From positions 10,602,001-10,666,000 of the forward strand of contig CM022672.1 in NCBI GenBank assembly GCA_012295275.1: a DNA stretch of 64,000 bases. The letters are read 5' to 3'. Position numbers and translations under genes: made by a program. Origin of the DNA: Chrysomallon squamiferum. Taxonomy: Eukaryota > Animalia > Mollusca. Positions 56,235 to 64,000 of the stretch are shown piece by piece (the first letter of the stretch is position 1; every line of letters begins with the position of its first letter). A model generated the notes under the pieces. The model did not search any database. It was given only the letters and a program-made list of their open reading frames with translations, and was not told the origin of the DNA.

Positions 56235-56733
56235 CTTCAGCACTTCACCAACTTCACGAAAATCTCAGAAACGTCGACCCTTCTCAACGATCAGATGTTA
56301 TAATGTGTCCACGAACTGAATTAAACATTTCTCAACAGCCTCATCTCATCAAAAATCTCAGAAATCTGGAAACACTGAGGAGTGTTTTCCTTTCACGAAT
56401 CTTTATAGTCTCGGAAATCTGGACCTTTTTTTTCTAAACATTTTATTTATACACGTCACGAACTACACTAAAGACTCAGATTTACTCATTAACAACATAA
56501 CATTTTTCAGAAACCTGGACTGTTGTCGACATTTTCATTTGTACGCTTCACGAATTACATTTAAAACCTCAGAAATCGGGTACGTTCATGAACTCGTAAG
56601 ATCGTGGAAACATGGACCTTCTCAAACATTTTTATTTGATTTGCTCCAAAAAAATTAAGAAACGTACATTCAGTATATAAGCATTCTGAAGCGTTTGGAT
56701 TTTATTTATTTATTTATTTATTTATTTGTCTAA

Positions 56734-56789
<56 letters not shown>

Positions 56790-57278
56790 TATTTATTTAT
56801 TTATTACATCAATTGTATATAAAATCATTAATCTTTGAACATTAAATTTAATTATTGTTTAATCATTGTACAAAACCATTCATTAAAATCGTAATTTTTG
56901 TTGCTGATTGGAAATAAACTTTGAAAAAAATATATATCTGGGTTCAGTGTTATTTGATACCGAGTACTGTACTGTATTACATTGCTGTATATATTTGTAT
57001 ATATGTATGCAAGTGTGTGTGTGTGTGTGCTGTGTGTTTGTGTATTTTTAAATTTGTATATATAAAGAAGAAGATGGAAGAAGAAAGGAAATGAAACGAA
57101 GGTAGAATAAAGTCTAGAAAGCATTACCTGAGTAATCAGTACTACGCAAGGTGATTATGTCACTGTTATTATTATAATCACTGTTTATCCCGTTAGATTC
57201 ATTACAAGGGATTAAATGTACTGATGCTGAATTAAGAATAACCCACAGAAATTAATATGAAAACCGAAGATTGTAACA

Positions 57279-57312
<34 letters not shown>

Positions 57313-57367
57313 TTAATATTATTATTATTATTACTCGTAGGCATTGTTCGAGTATTTATCGGAAAGC

Positions 57368-57440
57368 TGTGGGCGGAGCTAGGTTTTGGAACCATCGTAT
57401 GACGTAATCAATTTTGGTATTGCTGTGTCATGATGTCATT
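57368..57440 (+). promoter_or_regulatory. PP1 proximal promoter motifs
   Basis: GC box GGGCGG at about 57370 and CRE-like TGACGTAA and TGATGTCA immediately upstream of the start codon. Confidence 0.4.
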
Positions 57441-57468
57441 AGCCGATGAATGGCGGACAAAGAATGGA

Positions 57469-57687
57469 ATGGCGGACAAAGAATGGAATGTCGATTTCAT
57501 AATTGCACGACTACTTGACGGTAAAATAATTAATAATTAGTAATTAGTAACACTATTCTATTACCAACTATGGCGTTACTTGTAAAATGAATTTTTGAGC
57601 GAAAAAGGATTTCAAAGAGTTTTTTTTTAAAGCAAATAATTAATTATGTTTATATCGTTTTATTTATTGTGCATTACTAACACAGTG

Positions 57688-57718
<31 letters not shown>

Positions 57719-58410
57719 AAAGGTAACAAATAGTATCATAATTGTAAATAATAAGGCTTACTATGCATGGCTGGTTTTAAATGTATCTCGCATTTCAGGT
57801 AACTAGTTAATAAATCAAATAAACTTTGTCTAGAAGATCCGGGCATTGTCTACAGTTACATATAGATATTTTCAAGGTTAATAACCTAAATTCCAGAATT
57901 ATTATTGTTATTATTATCATTATTGTTGTTGTTATTGTTATCAACTCAAATTAAAACTTTAATTCTATTGCAGTATTTATCTGTTTATTTAAATTCTGTC
58001 ATTATTATTAGTGACATACTAAAGTATTAAAAGTGGGGTGCCTGTCTAGGAGAGTATTAGGGTCCCAGACATTTTATGCTATGGTTTGGTGTACTTGCCG
58101 ATGAAAAATATTCTTAGTATCGCTACGTACAGGAAAATCCATGCACGTTAAATCTAGTTATAATGAAACGACTTGCAAATTAGCAGCAACAATATTTAAC
58201 AGGCTTTATAGGCGTATTATTTATTTGCTCTCTTTACACGCGAACTACTCGGTCAACTTATTAATGGATAAACATGCCTATAATGATTCCAGAAGGAGAC
58301 GTAATTAAATATGACGTAATCTAGATAACAGTAAGTCACGAGCAGAAGTAGGCAGGTTTAATGGGAGGGGGTGGGGGACATCTGAATTGGCAGATTTATT
58401 ACGAATGTGT

Positions 58411-58444
<34 letters not shown>

Positions 58445-58809
58445 AAGGATGTCGTCTTGACAAACCTGTAAATTTAGCCGATTTTGAAATTCTACAACTG
58501 TGCCGCAGATCGAGAGAGCTATTTTTGAACCAGCCGGTTTTGTTAGAGCTTGAAGCTCCCGTAAATATTTGTGGTACGTAAACCATTCATCAAACATTAC
58601 AGCTGTTTCCTTATGGGAAATAAATCATTTGTAATAAAATGTGTTTCTAATATAACGTTTAAAATGCTGGCAAAATTCCTCTTGTTTAAGAATATTATTT
58701 TTGTCGTGGCATTCTGTTGAATATATAAATATATAAATATATATATTATGTCCTATAACTGTTGACATTTCCTTCTTTTTCTTCTTCTTCTTCTTCATTA
58801 TTATTATTA

Positions 58810-58845
<36 letters not shown>

Positions 58846-60377
58846 GTTCTGTTTATCTTTATATCATTCGGCAAAGCTTGTAGACTTCCACAGATATAAA
58901 CCCAACATACCACATTATTTCACCTTTATCTCATAAAAAAACATCATATAACAGTTTATATTAATCTTACAGGTGATATACATGGGCAGTATAGGGATTT
59001 GCTGAGACTGTTTGAATGCGGGGGTTTCCCCCCGGTATCCAACTACTTGTTCCTGGGAGATTATGTAGACAGAGGGAAGCAGTCGTTAGAAACTATTTGT
59101 TTGTTGTTAGCCTACAAAATAAAATATCCAGAAAACTTCTTTTTGTTACGAGGGAATCATGAATGTGCTGGTATGAATCGCACATACGGATTTTATGATG
59201 AATGTAAGTTTGTATTTACATTTTATTGTTGTTGTTTACTTACAAATGTAGACTGTTGCTGCTACTTTGGTGTGTGATCTACGCGCTTATTTTAATTATT
59301 ATTTTGTTTATTCTTGTTTTTTTGTTGTTTTTTTTTTATTATTTTTTTCACAGCATAAATAAAACAAATTTCCTATTATTATATATTTATAATTTATAGG
59401 AACAAGGGCTAAAAAGTATACAAATTTGAATAATTTTATCGATGAATTAAGTGAACATCTGCTAGAAACTCAGGAAAAAGATCTTATGCATTCTTCCTCA
59501 TCTGTAGCCAACAGAAATAATCAGGGTGTGACTGGAAGGTTCTTTGGTTCACTCCTCTCATCTTTTTCAAAACACGAATTTTCGAATCCAATCAGATCTT
59601 TAAATTGCCTGAGTATTGGAAATTTAGACGATTTAAATTGGAGTATGCTGGCTATTCGTCGGAATGAATAACCGAATAATCTGCAACTTCTCATTGAATC
59701 AAAGAGTGATATACAAATGAACTTCCAAATCGTATGTCTATTCAGACAGAAGTTTGCCTGCATGTGATGCTTTTTTTATATGTATCATGAATTAATCTTA
59801 AAGGATTTTAAGATCTTCCTCTTATCTTATAGAAATTTCCTAGAAATTGTTTTTGCTGTAGAGCGCCCTTTAAGTTGTAGATCACACCCCAAAGTAGTAG
59901 ATCACGGGTAGATCACTCGCCAGAGTAGCACCTAACTGTTTTGAGTTGTCTGTCCACCACACTGGTCAGTATTTTAATTAGAGATCTCAGACCTACTCTG
60001 AGACAGTAATTACTGAGGGCGGAAACATGTTTCCTGCATACGCTGATCTTTCTTTCTTCTTTTCGCCTTTCTTTATTTTTAACTTTTTTTTTTTTTTTTT
60101 TTTTTTATTTATTTATTTTTTTTTTTTTTTTTTTTTCTTGGAGCAGGCTGTTTTTTCGTTATTTTCTTTCTTTCCTTCTTGCTTTATTTATTTATTTATT
60201 TATATTAATTTAATTTTTTAATTATTTGTATCTATATATCTATCTGTCTGTATATCCTTTTATTTATTTATTTATTTATTTATTTATTAATTTATTTATT
60301 TAGTTATTTTTATCTATCTGTCTGTCTGTCTATTTATTTGTTTATTTATTTGTATTCATTAATTAATTAATTTATTT

Positions 60378-60444
<67 letters not shown>

Positions 60445-62522
60445 CCCACCTATCTATCTGTCAACCTCTATCTATCTATTTTTCAATATTTGTATCTGTC
60501 TGTCTCTCCGTCTGTCTGTCTGTCTGTCTGTCTATCTATTTATTATTTAAATAAACTAATTTAAGGTGTATTGCAGGTAAAAGAAGATACAGTGTCAAGG
60601 TATGGAAAACGTTTACCGACTGTTTCAACTGTATGCCTATCGTAGCCATTGTTGACTGCAAAATTTTCTGTTGTCATGGAGGTTATTATTATTTATTTAT
60701 TGACTTCATTTTTAGTCGATAATGCCTAGATTTAATTTTGTTTTTCTTACCTTTAAATTATTTTTCACACTGCTTAATTTATTAAATTAGTTTGTTAGTT
60801 ACTTAGTTAGTCATAAAGTGACTGAGTTAGTGAGTTAATTTAAGGGATTAGTTAATTAGTTAAGCTAGTTTAGGTTAGTTAGACAACAAGTGAGTGAGTT
60901 AGTTAACTAGTTTAGTTTAGTTATCTAGTGAGACAGGTAAGTTAGTTTTCTTAGATTAGTTTAGTTTAGTTAGTTAATTAGTTAGTTAATTAGTTAGTTA
61001 TATGATTTACACTTCTTTTTTTTCAGGGTTGTCACCAGACTTGAATTCTCTGGATCAGATTAAACGTATTGCAAGACCAACAGAGATTCCAGATTCTGGT
61101 TCGTCTCATAGATACAACAGTAATAATAATAATAATAATACATTGAATTTGTTTGTGGGACATTAGTAGAGTCAGTAATAGCAATAGTAGTTGGTAATAT
61201 AACTAGTTGTAGCCATATTAGTAAATCAGCAGTAATGGTAATAATATTATAGGTCAAAGATCCATTAATTTTATCGGAATCTCGAAACTTTTCAAAACGA
61301 CAGAAATAGTTGTATTTTACAGATCTCTAACTGTTTTTCATACACAATTTTTTTTTTTTTTTATAAAGGATTCTCAACCTGTAATAGTAGTTACAGTAGT
61401 ATAATGTTAGTAGAAGTAATAGTAGTAGTAGTAGTTGTAGTAGTAGTAGCAGTGGTAGTAAAAATGGTAACAGTAGTAGCGTGGTGGTAGTAGTAAAACT
61501 GTTAGTAGCAGCAGAAGCGGTAGCAGTAGTAGTAGTAGTAGTAGTAGTAATGATTTAATGATGGTGGTGATATTTCTGGTAGTTGTTGTAGTAGTGGTGG
61601 TGGTGGTGTCACTGTGGTGTTTGATGACGTTGTTAAATGAAAGTTTGTTTTAGGTTTACTCTGTGACTTGCTGTGGTCGGACCCCGACCCCGACGTGGAT
61701 TCGTGGGGTGAAAACGACAGGGGCGTGTCCTACACGTTCAGTGCTAGCGTCGTCACCCAGTTCCTGAAAAAACACGACCTCGATCTCATCTGTCGAGCTC
61801 ACCAGGTCTCTGTAGGAATTTTTAATTTAAATTATTTTTTATTTTAATTTGTTTTTAGTTTTTGGTTTTGGATTTTGATTTTGTTTTTATTTTTATTTTT
61901 ATTTTTATTTTTATTTTTATTTTTATTTTTATTTGTTTTTGTTTTTGTTTTTATTTTTTTTTTTTATTTTTTTTTTATCTTTATTTTATTTTATTTTATA
62001 TTTATTTTTTATTTATTTATTTTTTTTTTTTTTTTTTTTTAAATATAAAATCTTTCGTTTTTATTTTTATATTTCAATTCATTTTATATACATTTTATAT
62101 TTTATAATTTGTTTTATTTTTACTTTTTTTTAATTATATCATTTTTTTTTTTTAGTTATATCATTTCACTTTATTTCGTTATATATATATATATATATAT
62201 TTATGAATTCAATTTTTTTTGGGGGGCATATTTTATACTATATTTTCTAATTTGCAATTTCTTATTTTTGCTATATTTTAAAAATGTTATTATCTTGCAT
62301 TTTTGTTAATCGTTCCTTCCTTATTATTATTATTTTCTTAATTTGAATTGAATTTAACGTTCATTAACGAATAAATAATAACAATAATAACATTATAATA
62401 CTGATGGTGATAATAGATGCTGCTGATGATTTATAGGTAATAATAATAATAACAACAACAAAAAACAACAATAATAATAATAACAATAACAACAACAACA
62501 AAACAACAACAACAACAACAAC

Positions 62523-62563
<41 letters not shown>

Positions 62564-63035
62564 TAATAATAATAATAACAATAATTAGTATTTATTTGAC
62601 CAGGTTGTGGAAAATGGCTACGAATTTTTTGCCAACAGACATTTAGTGACGGTGTTTTCTGCTCCCAACTACTGTGGTGAATTTGACAACGCTGGCGCCA
62701 TGATGTCGGTGGACGAAACATTACTGATACATTTCCAGGTACAAAAATTACAGCATACATTTGTCTGGTTCAGTGAGCAATAAAGTCAAACTGTTCTTTT
62801 GGTGACATGAAAAAGAAAAAAAAACATTTTGCATACTTTCAGTTAACTATTTCAGTGGCCAATCTTTGTTAATAATAAAGTTCAACAATGCAAAATCAAA
62901 TTCATAAGGATGCACAAAGGCTGACAGTAATCTTTATTTCTATATCAAAATTTATTTATCCATTTTTTTTTTTTTTTTTCCATAGAAATGAAAATAAATC
63001 ATGACAGACTGAGTACCTCTTTTCTTTCTTATACA

Positions 63036-63069
<34 letters not shown>

Positions 63070-63643
63070 TGTCATCAACTCGTTTTATTATTAACAAAGA
63101 ATGGCTTTAAGGGTATGTATTTATATTTTCTAATTTCACCTTTTGAACCCGAAATGTTTAAAAATGTAACGTAAAATCTCATTTATACGTGACCAGTTAA
63201 TATATTTACCATTTAAAAAAAAAAATAAAAAATAAAATATTTTTTTATTTTTTAAAATTAATAATCCCTTATTCATTAGATATTCAGTCAGTCTGTATAA
63301 AGCTTATGTTTGCATTATGTTTAATCTTATTTCCAGCCTGTTTGTGTGGGAGCTTATTAACATAACCAAACAATTAAATTTCACATTAATACAAAATACA
63401 GTTAATGATACTAAATTTTTATTATTTTAAAAATAAACATATTTTCTTTCTTTCATTATTTATTTATTTATTTATTTTCTATGTTTATTATTATTATTAT
63501 TTTTTTTTTTTTTTTTCTAAAGCACAGTTTTCTTCACTTTTCAGATTCTGAAGCCGTCGGAGAAGAAGATGAGATACAACTACGGAGGTCTGTTGTCGGG
63601 GAGACCGGCCACGCCCCCAAAACAGCTGAAGAAAAACAGCTGA
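57469..63643 (+). CDS. PPP1C: Serine/threonine protein phosphatase 1 catalytic subunit, PP1-beta-like tail, divergent paralogue, about 323-325 aa, 8 exons
   Basis: Exons 57469-57520, 58442 or 58448-58573, 58973-59203, 60577-60681, 61027-61098, 61654-61805, 62604-62738, 63545-63643. Motifs [48 protein letters not shown] and [15 protein letters not shown]. Confidence 0.96.
59436..59705 (-). mobile_element. Merlin/ISXO2-like (IS1595 family) transposase remnant in PP1 intron 3
   Basis: Minus strand reads [56 protein letters not shown], matching the IHSDEWxAY region and C-terminus of Merlin DDE transposases. It contains stops and lacks the TVNH segment. Confidence 0.75.
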
Positions 63644-64000
63644 AGAAAAAGAGAAAACTGAGTGAAAGAAACAACACGTCAAAAAGATTAACAACAAAAA
63701 CAACAACCGGGGGGAGCAGAGATGTGCACCGATCACAACAAAGTCAAAGTGTTTTATGAAAGTCGTGAGGGAGTTCTTCCATCAACAGCCGTATTTGTTT
63801 TAATCATGTCAATGTTTTAATTGTCAAACAAAAATAACACACCAGATTCTTGGTCGCTGCATTTGGAATTCTAACGTTCGCTGTTGATGACTGATTTCGT
63901 TTTTTTTTTACGTTATATAGGTGTGTGTGTTTCATAAGTTTGTTTCTCGAAATTACGTTGTTATTTTTGTGTTTTTTTGTGTTTTTTGTTTTTTTGTTTT

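Overview
AT-rich, microsatellite-dense, intron-rich animal genomic DNA, most likely a mollusc (inferred from gene content and repeat types). I assembled spliced gene models by hand from GT-AG junctions and intron phases. In order: first coding exon of a Slo2/KCNT K+ channel (-), a dead Tc1 transposon, FAM20B xylosylkinase (+), an orphan ORF exon (-), a secreted protein with 2 twelve-Cys Ly6/three-finger domains and 2 ShK domains (-), UBAC1/KPC2 (-), a secreted prepropeptide with a helical domain and a beta-defensin-like module (-), an STPG3/ODF3-like sperm-tail PG-repeat gene (+), and a divergent PP1 catalytic subunit (+). Mariner-type and Merlin transposon remnants sit in introns. The most interesting candidates are the two cysteine-rich secreted genes, which the ORF track shows only as fragments, inserted in an apparently ancient KCNT-FAM20B-UBAC1-STPG3 neighbourhood, and the PP1 paralogue with altered docking and toxin grooves. 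Several genes carry 1-nt frame breaks at short homopolymers, most simply explained as long-read assembly errors. All family assignments come from recalled motifs, not database searches.
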